Shown here in pieces: positions 45,728-57,779 of a DNA stretch of 64,000 nucleotides. Source of the stretch: Cyanidioschyzon merolae (lineage: Eukaryota). The stretch lies in NCBI GenBank assembly GCA_000091205.1, contig AP006502.2; one strand, written 5' to 3'. Each line of letters begins with the position of its first letter. Position 1 is the stretch's first letter. The translations under genes and the position numbers were made by a program. A model generated the notes under the pieces. That model was given only the letters and a program-made list of their open reading frames with translations. It was not told where the DNA came from and did not search any database.

Positions 45728-47084
45728 GGCAGATCACTCTGCCAAAGAATCACTCCGAGTCCCGGCAGTTCTACAACGCCTGCTTCGAGTCCCTCTGCGT
45801 CAGCCAAGCTGACGAACGGAACCGAGCCCAGCCTGACCGAGCCGGACTCCGAAGTTGACCTCCACTCTATCGGACACACAGACTAACGTAGTTTCCTTCT
45901 CGGAGAGGCGTCTCCTGGTATATCTATTGCTGCGTTTCCAAGGTGTGCCTCGTGGGTCCGCCGCCAACCGCATCCGCCACCTGGTGCGCCGTACGAACAA
46001 GCGATCCACCGGTTCACGCACCGACGCCGACTTTAAAGCTCCGAATGAAATGTACTTCAGATTTTCCGCGAAAATCTTTGCTCTCTTGCCAGTTTTCAAC
46101 TGGAATGCGCATAATATGCGCGACCCGAACGTTGCAAACAACAGCGCTTCGACACGTGGCTAGGGCAAACGCTGCCATCGACGGTGGACGGTTGTGGCGC
46201 GCCGCCCGCCCTCGAGAGTGCGTCTACAGACGCCGACGCGCAGACGCCTCCCAGACTTGTGTCGATCGGCTGCCTGCTCTCGATTTCAGCTGCTCCTTGT
46301 ATATCTCGAGCATGAGAGGCTGATCCACAAAAAGTCGGCTTGCGACAGCTTTCCGGGCCTCGTCTTCAGGACTACACAGAATCTGGTGTTGATGACGGCA
46401 TTCAAGTCCCGGTTCGCGAACGCCATGTATTTATAGGCGCTGATGGAACTCATACAAGCAAGGAGTCCTCAAACTCGTGCCCTCTGTGTCGCTACAGTCT
46501 CGCCATTGTCGCGTCGGGCAAACTGCTTTTGTCGCATATCTCCCCTGTTCTTCTTCGTCGCTTGCTCGTCTCCGTTCGACGTTCGACGAGAAGAGGATTC
46601 TTTTTCGTTTTTTCTGGCATCTGGCGACGACGGCGCTCCAGGATCTTCGACTTTTATGTCCATACCTTTTCCTTGGAATTTGTATTTCTGTTAATGGAGA
46701 CACTGGTAGATGCCCTTTCGTGAGGATCCCCTTGGAGGGCAAGGGATTTGCGGAAGGGAAACGACATGCGCCCCAGCGGTATCGTGCTTCATGCTTCAGC
46801 GATTTTCCTAGTGGAGCGATCATCACGTTGTACGATAGAAAACACTCCTTCGATGGGTTTGAGCCACGGATCCTCTAGAGGTTTGAAAAGAAGCTCTACC
46901 CCGATATAATCTCAAAAACCGCGAACGCAAGGGGAATGCTGGAATGCCGCGTTATCCAATAGAAGAACGTCGCGAGATGTCAGGGAAAACTTCTTCAATG
47001 ATTCGATGAAGTCTCTGGTTTACTGTGATCCTTGTCTGGGAGCGATACTGAGGCCGCCAAACGAATCCACTACAGCTAGAACAT

Positions 47085-47660
47085 ATGATGATGTCGTCGC
47101 TCTCTTCGGGCTCGGTCGTACGTACAACAGTTCGCTGCTCCGCGAATACCCATATAGGCTCCGGCGGTTCCGTCCGAAGCAAGTCCTATCGACTGAGAAA
47201 ACAAGCCGGTGTCCCTGTGCTTCACATCGATTGCAATGTTCAACGAATTCTATCGTTGCGATTTCGGTGGAAGGTGGCGCTCAATGAACTAGGAATTTCA
47301 AGGGACTGTATCTCAGAAATTTCAGGACCAAACGAAAAACTGCTGAGTACCAGACACACGCGTGGCAGCTTCCATCATCGCCCTTACTTTCCCTCGATTG
47401 ATCAACGGGTCGTTTTTCTACCAGTGACCGCAAGCAGTCCAAAAAATATGGCTCTCTGGCACTGTGCGCATATACTTGATTCGAGGATTGTTCCTGAGTT
47501 ATCTGAGTACTGCGTTTTGACCGACATGAAGGAAAAATACAGTCCTCCTTGCACTGTTCAGAAAAGAAAATATACTAAAGGCAATTCATCTATGATCCAT
47601 ACGGTACATTGCATCGTGATGTCAATCTCCTGCTATAGACCCCAACGGAGATGAAGCAAA
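47085..47660 (+). repeat. Dispersed repeat family 2, copy 2. It carries an intact 189-codon ORF of unknown meaning
   Basis: The copy aligns with the reverse complement of 34450-35100 (see copy 1). The ORF 47085-47654 is uninterrupted here but broken in copy 1. Confidence 0.6.
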
Positions 47661-49226
47661 ACTGAGCTCAAAGCCTCTAAGCCGGACGGTGTCGACAGAT
47701 GCGCTTCGATTCATGGGCGTGCCTGCGACGGACACGGTGACGATGAGGTACTCTGGGAATAGTCGATCCATGCAACTCCATAGAGAAGGCGAGTTTCGAT
47801 CTCACTGTTCACATAGTGTGTCTGAGTCGCAAGGAACAAACCGCTATGAAATATGGTAAACACATGCTTGCAACGAGTCCAAATCAAGGAGCAGGCGAAA
47901 AAGGAGCTAGTCTCTGCATGCAAGTATGAAACATGCGAGCCAAAGCCTAAAGAGCGTTGGCGGAGCTCGTTCCAGGTTTGTAGGTTATGAAGCAAACATT
48001 GAAACAAGTCTACAAGGACGATAGGGACCGACGGAACACCAATCTGTGCGCATATTCGTAAACCTCGGCCAGCGCCGAGCACCGACACGCATGTTCAACT
48101 GTGCCAGGTGGATGACGAGAAAGACTTTATGGTGGGTGCGGATCCCTGCTTTGAGGACGTTATGGTCGTCGCCGTACCTCTACATCAAGAGAATGGAGCC
48201 AAAGTCTTGAGCGCAATGCAAATGTACCTGCTCAGATTCTACAGGGATAGGTATCAATGGGAGGCGGGCATCATGGACGCCAGGAGGCATACCGACAAGT
48301 GCAATGACAACGTCGGAATCCATGACGGCGATCTGCGCACCGTATCGAGCAGAAGTGGATATTTTCTGTACGCTTCACTCAGAACGCGTACCTGGGCGTC
48401 GAAATGGCACAGGCACACGATCTATGGCAGGGGCACGTGAGACGGCGCTGGGGTCGCCAACGATGTCTATTGCGCAGAGGCAAGCAGCGTGCATTTACCA
48501 ACCTATCTCATGCGTTCGCAAAAGAAACCGGGGATACATTGCGTCGCGTGGCGGTAGTCTACGGTGTCGGACGTGTCGTATCCCGCAAAGCATGCACGCG
48601 TATTCCGTCGCGGGCCTGCAACGCGTGCTGGAATCGATTCTGTACGATTCGCGTTAAAGTCTCGAGAACAACACGCTCGCATCACGAGCACGGAAACACG
48701 CGGAAACGGTAAGTGATTTGAAAATTAAAACAGAGTCCGGTACAGGAGGTGGTGTACTGTAAGGAGACCAAACTCCAGATGGCGCGGCAAACAAGGGTAA
48801 GAGGCTTGCTATGGTATGATTCCACCATCAACAATGCGAAGAATCACTTTTTGCGACCAGAATTGAACGCCTTGATTAGCATACGAAAGGATGCCGCACT
48901 TGCGGAACGTCCACCGGCTTTGTTTCGAGCGAACGTTCGATGTCGTCCTTCAGCAGTCAGCGTGGGCATTATGCTGCAACGCTGCAGACTTTCGATGCAC
49001 GGAACCAGCGGCGAGGATATAGAAATTGGAACTCTCACCGCAAACAACGCTCTGGTGTCGAACAGCACAGCAACAACGTTTGTGCTTCGTGTACGCATAC
49101 GCACTGGAAACGATACTCCAAGGCAATCAGAGCACGATAATGACGCCCCAAGATTCGATATCAAAGAGTATCGCTTGCGCACAGCTCAGCGTCACGACAT
49201 CCAATCGTGAACATATCTGCAGAAGC

Positions 49227-50570
49227 TTATAAACCTCGTCGATTCGACTCCCGAGCGAGCGGAATCGAGGGCAGTTTCGCATCGACTTGATCAGCAGCAC
49301 GCCTCAGCTTCGTCATTTCATCCAAGTCAAGGCGCCAGCCCAACGCCTGTGCATTTTGTTGAGCTTGCCAGGCGTTTTTCGCTCCCGGAATAGGTATGGC
49401 TATCGTCGGTTTCTCCCCAGCGGCACGCATCTCGCCTGCAGTGATGACATAGTTCAAAGCGACTGCCGCAAGCGAGACCTGGCGCTTCGCAGCGATCCGC
49501 TCCATCTCGCTGAGCAGAACATCCACGCGTTCCACAAGGGACGCAGCGAGTCGTTTTCTCACGCCAGATGGCAGACGTCCTTTCCGATATCGACCGGTGA
49601 GCAGGCCCTGAGCCAGCGGCGAATATGCTAGAATCTGAATGCCGCGATCTGCGCAGATTTCGCAGAGCGTTCGATCGTCGGTGGCACCCAGGCACCGCAC
49701 CGTCTCCGGGTCTCGGTGCAGGAGACTCCACTGCACCTGATTTGAGGCCAAGGGCACCTCGTGGACTTGGCGGAGATACGTATCGCATTTCAGAAGGCGA
49801 CTGGGGCTGAAGTTACTCACACCCACGCATCGGATGAGGCCTTCGTGGTAGGCCTCGGCGAGGGCGTCCCAGATGGGTTCGTCGTTTTCGCCGACAAACG
49901 CAGGCCAGTGCTGCTGGTACAGGTCGATGTTTTCAAGACCGAGACGGCGCATGGAAGCTCGCAGTGCTCCCAGCACAGATCGACGCACCGTTTCCCGGCG
50001 CTGCGGTCGACTGAGCCATCCCAGCAGGTTCAGCGATAAGCCGGCAGTTCGCCAAGGAAAGGGAGCGTACTTGGTGGCAACATTTATTTCGGGGAGCGGC
50101 GAGTCAGGACCGGCATTTGCGAGAACCTCTTCCGTCACTTGGCGACCGATGCGTCCCACAAGTTGCTCGGAGCGCCCCGGAGGTGTACCGTACACCTCCG
50201 CGGTATCGATGAGCGTGACCCCGTTTCGCAAGCTTTCCCGCACCGCATCCGTATTGTCTTCCTCGGAAGAGCTGCCCCAGTAAAACCGATCACCGAAAGA
50301 CCAAGCACCCAGGCCAAGTGGTACTCGCAGTTGCACGCCACCGTTGCGGCCAGCGAGCAGCACAGGCTTCTCCGCGGCATACGCCACGTCTCCTGATCGA
50401 GTGGTCAAACAGAGACCGAGCGACCGTGCCGAACGCGGTGCGCCCGCAAGCGACGACCCAGGTAACACTGGAAGCTTCACAAGGAAAGCAAGCTTGGAAT
50501 CCATAATCGTTGTACCTTTTCGTCGGTACAAGCGACACTCACTTGTTCGAGGTGAACACGGCAAATTCAC
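49227..50570 (-). CDS. Aldo/keto reductase family oxidoreductase with an N-terminal extension of about 90 aa
   Basis: AKR signatures are present: GAWSFGDRFYWG, LIDTAEVYG, the catalytic region ..DLYQQHWP.., and VGVSNFSPSRL. The N-terminal extension is rich in R and S and may be a targeting peptide. Confidence 0.8.
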   Translation of the reverse strand: MNLPCSPRTSECRLYRRKGTTIMDSKLAFLVKLPVLPGSSLAGAPRSARSLGLCLTTRSGDVAYAAEKPVLLAGRNGGVQLRVPLGLGAWSFGDRFYWGSSSEEDNTDAVRESLRNGVTLIDTAEVYGTPPGRSEQLVGRIGRQVTEEVLANAGPDSPLPEINVATKYAPFPWRTAGLSLNLLGWLSRPQRRETVRRSVLGALRASMRRLGLENIDLYQQHWPAFVGENDEPIWDALAEAYHEGLIRCVGVSNFSPSRLLKCDTYLRQVHEVPLASNQVQWSLLHRDPETVRCLGATDDRTLCEICADRGIQILAYSPLAQGLLTGRYRKGRLPSGVRKRLAASLVERVDVLLSEMERIAAKRQVSLAAVALNYVITAGEMRAAGEKPTIAIPIPGAKNAWQAQQNAQALGWRLDLDEMTKLRRAADQVDAKLPSIPLARESNRRGL

Positions 50571-51185
50571 ACCAGCATTAACGGGTGTGCGCGGGCGGCG
50601 CGTTTGAGCGTACGCATGCTTGCAGCGTAAAGGCGCTGGGGCACGGGATTGTAGCGTTGATGCAGATCCAACTTGTTACGCGAGTGCTGACTGTAACCTG
50701 GAAAGTGTTCAGCTACGGTGGAGCTGCCCTGCACTGATGCAACACCGGCAGTAGGCGAAGCATTTGCAGTATTTCGGGATACACCGTGCCTCTGTTTCGT
50801 GGACTGCTCATGCGATGAACGTCAATCGTCTAGCGCATGTTCGAGGAACTTCGTTTTGGAAGCAGAACAAACCCCCGTTCTTGCGTGTCCTCGACAGCTA
50901 CCTCATTCTGAGAGGTTGCTCTGGCTGCAGCGAACACTGCCGTGGTGCAACACGTACCAGTGCTGAGCGGCACCTTGGCCGGTCGGTGACAGCTGGCGCT
51001 CATGGACCGCCGAGAGGAGTTCGCTGCCACAGGCACTGGATCTCAATCGTTTCGATCGCTGGGAGCTGTCGAGAGCCCCATGCATCGTAGTGCGTTCTAT
51101 GCGTTGTAATCTGCGATTTACACCAAAAAACAGCAAGTCCAAAGTCATCGATCCTTGCGGATATGTGCAGCGCTTTTCGTAGTGC

Positions 51186-52106
51186 TTAACGTTCCGTTCG
51201 ATCCTTGGATAGGATAACTGCATCTCTGGCGGCAGCGATGGCCTCTTCGGGGAGCTTCAGGTGCGGCAGCTTGCCCGGAGGCGGCATCTTGCTTCCGCTG
51301 CCGATCAATGCGATCTTGTTATTGCAGGCGAGACCAGCCCGTGACGGTGAGTTCAGAAACTCCTGCAGCCGCTCCAAACCGTGCACGTTTTGACGCAGCT
51401 GCGAAAGATGCGGGAACGCTTTCAAGCTGCCAGGCAAACAGGTCTCAATGTGATCGAGCAGCTCTGCGAGGAAAAGGTCCGCGTAACTCGGCTCAGACCC
51501 GCCAGTTTGCTGAACAGAGAGAAAACGGGGATCGGAGCCCTTTGCGCAGGCTGCAACTTTGTGCCGACGACAGTAGGATTCTAGCGCTACCAATTTGGGC
51601 ACCATCATTTCCGTATAGACCTGGATGGCTTGGTCTGCAGACTGGGAGCCGTAGCAGGCTCGCGCTGTGGCGCCATTCAACTCCATGACGATATTCGCGA
51701 TCATGTCCACGTATGGATCATTGGCGCCTAGTGCATACTCGCTCACCTGGTGACCGTACGTGCGAGCAAGATGCCGCAGAATCGCAAGTGTCTCCGTGAT
51801 GGCGATCGGGCGCGTTGCGTGCTCACCACGAGCATCGATGAGGTATGGCAAGTTTGGAAAATCGAGTCCAAGCCGGTGTTTCACGGACAACCACGCGTCC
51901 CTCGAGAAAGGTACGTCGTCGTTGTAGTCGCCCTGCACATAGCGCCTGTCCACGAAATCGAGGTTCAGATAGTAGAGCAGGCAGCGAACCGGGGATCCCA
52001 GTCCCCGAATGTCCCAGTACCCGACAACGATAGAGCCGGGTTCACCGGCCGGTGGACTGCGTTCACCGACGGGTTTATCCACTCGATCGACTCGCACGGT
52101 TGGCAT
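51186..52106 (-). CDS. Glutathione S-transferase, mu-class-like
   Basis: The segment VVGYWDIRGLGSPVRCLLYY...LGLDFPNLPYLID...ITETLAILRHLAR is collinear with the human GSTM1 N-terminal domain. Short N- and C-terminal extensions are present. Confidence 0.88.
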   Translation of the reverse strand: MPTVRVDRVDKPVGERSPPAGEPGSIVVGYWDIRGLGSPVRCLLYYLNLDFVDRRYVQGDYNDDVPFSRDAWLSVKHRLGLDFPNLPYLIDARGEHATRPIAITETLAILRHLARTYGHQVSEYALGANDPYVDMIANIVMELNGATARACYGSQSADQAIQVYTEMMVPKLVALESYCRRHKVAACAKGSDPRFLSVQQTGGSEPSYADLFLAELLDHIETCLPGSLKAFPHLSQLRQNVHGLERLQEFLNSPSRAGLACNNKIALIGSGSKMPPPGKLPHLKLPEEAIAAARDAVILSKDRTER

Positions 52107-52699
52107 GCTTCAGAGTTATAAAAAATTGGCTTAGAATTATTGCCGAGAAACTTCAGTAGCCCAGTAGCGTCTTTCGCGGCAGCCCCGAGGCGTCTCGAAA
52201 CCTCTACTCCCAAATGAAGCACGCTGGTACATAGGACGAACGCGCATGCGTGCGCCGCTTCAGAGGTGACATCTCGATACCGTCCGTTAAGTTCTAAAAG
52301 TTACAGAAAAATACATGTTCATGGAGAATGCCGCTCGAGAGGACGACGTCGGATGCCAGCGAGAGTTCCGAGGAGACAGAGCGACGCGTTCGTGCGCCTC
52401 GCCTGGATATGCAGCGTTTCACATTGGTACTGCCTCGCCGAGCGGGTGACCTGTGATCGAGCAGGAGAGCTCATTGACGCTGCATTCGTGTCAGGCGAGA
52501 ATGCGACACTGGACTGCTCGTTCTGTAAACGCGTTGAGGTTTTTGCGTACGTTTTAGGTGGACAAGCCTTTGGCTTCGAAATGTAGCAATAAGGGTTTAC
52601 GAATTCATACGCTTGTTCGGGGTTTTCAGTCCTCGTTTTGGTAGCGGGTCCTTCGATACTTTGCTGCTCGATTTCATGAGGTCAATGGAATCAAGATGT

Positions 52700-53150
52700 T
52701 TCACGACGTATTTGGACATGGGTTTGTGAAACAATCGATATCATGATCCAGCTCATACGAAAAAGGCTGTAATCTTCTCGTTTCCTTTCACGAAGCATGC
52801 TCATATCATGGTTCTTCAATTTTTCAAGCCTTCCGTTCCAAAACATCTCGTGGACCAAGCAAATAGCGCTTCTAGATTGATGAGCAAAGAATTCGACGTG
52901 GTTCCATAAAGCCATCCTCACGAGCTCATACCAAAAAATGACTGAACGCGTCAGATCGAATCATCGTTTCTGTTCGAAATACAAATGCTTCTTCCTTGTT
53001 GCTATCGAGAAATCAGAAATCGACTGCAACGCGATACATCTCTTGGGAGATACAATGACAGGCTCCTGTTTCTCCTTTTTGCATACATGATAGTCTTGGG
53101 CTCGGACTTGAGCCATCGCTGCGATCGCCTCCGGTGATGCGAGCGTCACC
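52700..53150 (-). repeat. Dispersed repeat family 1, copy D
   Basis: The minus-strand spurious peptide reads EAIAAMAQVRAQDYHVCKKEKQEP. Shared blocks are atcgatatcatgatccagctcat and ttcaagccttccgttccaaaacatc, in reverse orientation relative to copy F. Confidence 0.5.
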
Positions 53151-56100
53151 CATTCGCAGGATGGCAGCGTAGAAGAATCGAGATTTCTCTACTTGATAGC
53201 CAATATGAGTATTCCTTACAGTGCTCGTTTCATCATGGACAACTACGCGTTCCGCAACTCCTCCATCGAATAGAACGGCGCGAGCTTGCGTGTACAGCGG
53301 GCACAGTATTCGCCAACTGGATCACCTGGACATAGCTCGTGATCGTTGGATACGGCGCTGCCGGCATTAACGGAAAAGGGCAACGAACGGGGCCTCCTCT
53401 ACCCGTCAAAGGAATGCACTGTGCAATGAATGACGCCGTCCGTCGCCGCGGGACAGCAGCCGAAAGAGGAAGTGTGTTGGACATATGGGAACGCCTGATG
53501 ACAGTCACGTGTCACCGCTGCGAAATGCGCACCGGTTTTGTACACAAAGGCAACGAAAACGACACACAGAGCGTAGATCGCAACTCCCGCCTGTGCACGA
53601 CACGCTTTGACAAGGAAAACGGAGACGACGGAATCGGCAGTTTAACATAGTCAGCAACATCCTTCTACTGCTGATATCGGAGATGCAAGGACGGTCGAGA
53701 CCGGCGTATTCAAAGCCGGACATAAGCGAGATATAAAGGATGCAGTCGAAGAAACAGCCCGCAAAGTCTGCTGGTGATGATTTCAGAAACAGACTCAAAT
53801 TTCGGCGAGACGCCGACTCCTACGAGACCTGCTCCATTGTATTCGGGCGTGGATAGAACCGGATGGTGGCATTGCCATGACGCGTCATCGGCAAACCCGA
53901 ATGATGTACTTCGGAGTCCGAAGGGTCCCTTCAGAGCTCATGCGACACGCTTCGCTGTTTATCTATATCCAGTGCCGAGAGCGTTTCAGGACTGAAGGAA
54001 TTCTGGAGTCGTGCACGCTTCAGCACGAGTTCGTTGCTCGCGAAAATGTCTTAACGCTCCAGGCTATATACAGCTTACCACGCAATTCCATGGGGCGCAC
54101 GGATTGTACCACAGGAAACATTCGTGCTCGCTGCCTCTGTGAGCGAGCACCGGAAACTTTCCAGCATTGTGTATGCAGCGCTTGATATGCGAGGTTGCTA
54201 GCTATCACCAAGAGACCATATGTTTCCTGGTACTCTATTCAAGCAAAAAACTGACCACAAACGTCGACAAGGGAAACTTGAACTTGGGACTGCTCAGAGA
54301 GACTCGCTGCATTCCTAACCCTGGATCGACGCTCGCATCCCAAATTTGTCTCCAATACATGCGACCACGCTACACGAAAACCAGGTGTCCACGTCGATAT
54401 TTTGACATTTTTGTAGCGCAGGCTCCTGGTGCACAACAACACATCGCCAGGCTGGCGAGAGCTCTCACGGGTGAGGCCCTCGGGAGCGACGCGGATCCAT
54501 GGCTGGTAGCTACCGGCACCTGGACAAATCGTATGGAACGACAAAAGCATCCCCAGAAACGGATATCCATCGTGCAATACAGGATTTCCGGTTCAGGGTA
54601 ATGACCCTGTACCATAACGGATAAAAAAGAGATGCCCTCAGGCAGGAGAAACGCTGCATGACTCGTACGCCAGGAGCGAAGCGTCCAGGGACAGCGGCAG
54701 TCGCGATGCTGGCGAACGAGGGCCTCGCGTGCCGACACGCCGGCCAGCCGCATCGCGCCCAGTGCCGCAAACGGGCCGCTTTCCTTCACAGGCGGCGGCG
54801 TTTCTAACTCCAGGGCTTTCATTGAAGGCTTTTACAGTCAGTTGGTGAGCGAGGCCTGCGACCCAGCACAGCACGGGCGTCTTTCACGCTGTAGACGACT
54901 CCTGAGTACTAGATCCCACTGGAGAACGCTGCCCTAGAACGAAGCTTGGATATTAACACGACTTGCACGAGTTTCGTTTGAGGGTAGGTTCGTGGTGGCG
55001 TCCAGTGCCAAGGAAACGCTTCCTCCGCGGTGCAGTTCGGGGTGAGTGTTCTACCGACGCGAACACGCGTGTTGGTTATTGAACTAGAACTAGGGCTTGC
55101 GCTGTTCGGGGAAGGCATGCCGTGTCCGTTCGGGTACAGCATTGAGGACGTGACGACCCCGGTGAATGGGAACGCAAGTCGTTTAAGGAACTGTCACGGC
55201 CTTGCGAGTGCTGCCCGCTCCTGCAACGCGTCCGCTGCGCGTCATGACCAACAAATTGCCGTCGTCGCTAGCAGCGGGAAAGAGCCTGCCGTAGAAGACT
55301 ACGAACAGGACTATTTTCCTGGCATAGGAAGCATTTGTTTGGAGCAGTCTCGCCGAGCACCTGAGGAAGAACGGCCGAACTGCGTGCTTCCGGAACCTCC
55401 TTTGCGACCCGAGGAGCTGAATCAGGGCTACTGGCGGGATGTCGAAGACGAGGAACTGTGCGCTGACGGAGACGAAATGGAAGAACCTCTAGAATCGACT
55501 AGTCCACAAGAGACGCCTCTGGGTACTGAAACACGCCCAACGGAGCACGACGCGGGAGTACTCGTCGTCACCGGCTCGAAAACTTCCGAGGATGCGTCCG
55601 CATTGTCGGGCCCTGTTGCTATACAGCATACAGACGAAGCGAACGAAGCGCTGGCGGGGATGTGCGTTGCCCACGGATCGGACTCGAGCACCTGCAACGG
55701 GTGTACTGCGGAATGCGAGACCTCTCCGGCGAGTCGTGACCCCGTCCATGCGCTTAACAATAGACGAGGATTGGGGAGCTCTCAGCCATGGAACGGGAGC
55801 AACAAGGCCGATTGGTTAGATTGTAGCAGTATTACGGAGAGTGAAAACTCGTTATTCACGGAGCGCGCTTGTCAAGGCGGCATTTGTGGCGACTTGGAGC
55901 CGCGTGCGGCACTGGAGTGCGCACCTGATCCTTTGTCTGGCGACCGTCTGGCGGAGGGTCGAACTCGCACACTACCGAGAAGGGCAGCACGCTCCCCGGC
56001 ATGGCGCCGAGAGGCACCTGTGGCCATGTGGCCACCGCGCCCAGCATCCAGTCTGCAATCTAGCTCGAAGCTCGCTGCAACCGTTTCGGAGAGCAGTGCA

Positions 56101-56199
56101 TCTGCGTCGCACTGGACCTCGACACGAGCAGGTGACTCGCCGCCGGCTCTGGGCTGCATGGCGCCAGCGGGTAACGCAGCAACAAGTCCTGTTCCTCAG

Positions 56200-57372
56200 A
56201 TGGAGTTACCACGGGACCAGCGCAGCACCGCGTACATTCGACAGCGCAAGGGCCGCCCGCTCTACTATAATTCCTATCTCAAACTGGATCGGCTGTTTTC
56301 TTGCCAAGATCCGATCAGTTGGCGGTTTGGCGATCATGCACACGACGAAATGTTGTTCATTACGGTGCACCAGGTATACGAGCTGTGGTTCAAACAACTC
56401 ATCTACGAGCTGGATAGCTTGCGAGCCCTTTTCCTGGCCGAATCGATGGCAACCGATGGAGTCAGAGCTCAGCTCAGGGTTTCTGTGGACGCAAATCGCA
56501 TGATGAATCTCGCTTTGCATCGTCTGGATCGCATGGTGGAAATCCAGCGAATACTCGTCGAGCAGATCCGCGTTCTGGAAACCATGACACCGCAGGAGTT
56601 TCTCACTTTCAGAGATTACCTGTTTCCAGCAAGCGGATTCCAGTCATGGCAGTATCGGCTGCTCGAAGTGAAGCTCGGTGTCCGCGCAGAACAGCGCATC
56701 TCAAATCACTGGAAACTGCATCTGTCGGAGGAGCATCAGGCCGTTTTGAGCGATGCAGAAAAAGAACCCAGTCTCTTCGACTTGATTAACCATTGGCTCG
56801 AGCGACTGCCGTTTGTCGTCACGACCGAGGCCGACTTCAACTTCTGGGACGCGTACCGTAAGGCAACGGAGCGGATGCTGGCCCTCGATCGAGCGTTTAT
56901 CGACCGTGAGATTCACGCTGGCGCAGACCGCGCTCGCGCCTACCGAGAACTAAGTCGCATGCGCAACCTCTACCGCTCGGTGTACGAAGAACAAGTTCAC
57001 CAGGAAATGGTGGAGCGCGGCCAAAGACGCATGAGTTTCAAAGCGATGGCCGCAGCGCTCCTCATCATGCTCTACGAGCGGGAAGCGCCCTACCTCCAGT
57101 TGCCGCATCGGGTGCTACGCCGTCTGCTCGACCTCGACGAGGGCATGGCGCAGTGGCGTTTCCGGCACGTACAACTGGTATCGCGAATGATTGGCTCGAA
57201 AACCGGAACCGGAGGATCGCTGGGCGTTCACTATCTCATGCTCACGTTGGAGGCCAGTCGGGTGTTTACCGACCTTGGCAACATGGCGGCCTTGCTGATC
57301 CCAGCGCGACTCTTACCGGATCTGCCGGAGAAGCTTCGCCAACAACTGGAATACGCCTGGACGCAAGTGTAA
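56200..57372 (+). CDS. TDO2: Tryptophan 2,3-dioxygenase (TDO) core. The open frame extends upstream to 55030
   Basis: From the Met at 56200 the protein is collinear with human TDO2. Matching blocks are RPLYYNSYLKLDRLF, HDEMLFITVHQVYELWFKQLIYELDS, LETMTPQEFLTFRDYLFPASGFQSWQYRLLE and GSKTGTGGSLGVHYL. The upstream 390 codons are open but low in complexity. Confidence 0.9.
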   Translation: MELPRDQRSTAYIRQRKGRPLYYNSYLKLDRLFSCQDPISWRFGDHAHDEMLFITVHQVYELWFKQLIYELDSLRALFLAESMATDGVRAQLRVSVDANRMMNLALHRLDRMVEIQRILVEQIRVLETMTPQEFLTFRDYLFPASGFQSWQYRLLEVKLGVRAEQRISNHWKLHLSEEHQAVLSDAEKEPSLFDLINHWLERLPFVVTTEADFNFWDAYRKATERMLALDRAFIDREIHAGADRARAYRELSRMRNLYRSVYEEQVHQEMVERGQRRMSFKAMAAALLIMLYEREAPYLQLPHRVLRRLLDLDEGMAQWRFRHVQLVSRMIGSKTGTGGSLGVHYLMLTLEASRVFTDLGNMAALLIPARLLPDLPEKLRQQLEYAWTQV

Positions 57373-57779
57373 GTGTGTTTGGATTCCTGCATGGCTTTAT
57401 GAATGCGTTCGGTGTGCGTGTTGGTGTGTGCCATGTTCCAGCATCAGCTATTGGAACAAGGCAGCGTCCGACTCGCTGGTGTCGTCGATCCTGTGGTGTC
57501 CTTGGGTGCCGCGACTCTTACTGCCGGCAGATGGCGCACGCGTGCTCCACTTGTGTGTCAGATAAAAATGGGATACGCGAGTCCTCGCTCCCTTCCTGTT
57601 TCAGCGTTTTTCCACAGAAGCTTTTTAGATAGATAGCCTCGACGTTGCAAGTGCAGTCAAAAGCGCTAACGAATTCGTTCATAGTTTCAGGATGCTCAGA
57701 AGCGCGCTTTCCGAAATGGCTCCGTCGACGCTTTGTAGCGGGAAATTGTTCCCTCATTCGCATCAGGGTGATTTGCGAC

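Noticed and set aside
55030-56199. Treating the TDO upstream extension as a confident N-terminal domain
   Set aside because: The frame is open but the translation is low-complexity and no family was recognised. It is reported as a finding to be tested rather than as annotated CDS. The feature call uses the conserved core start at 56200.
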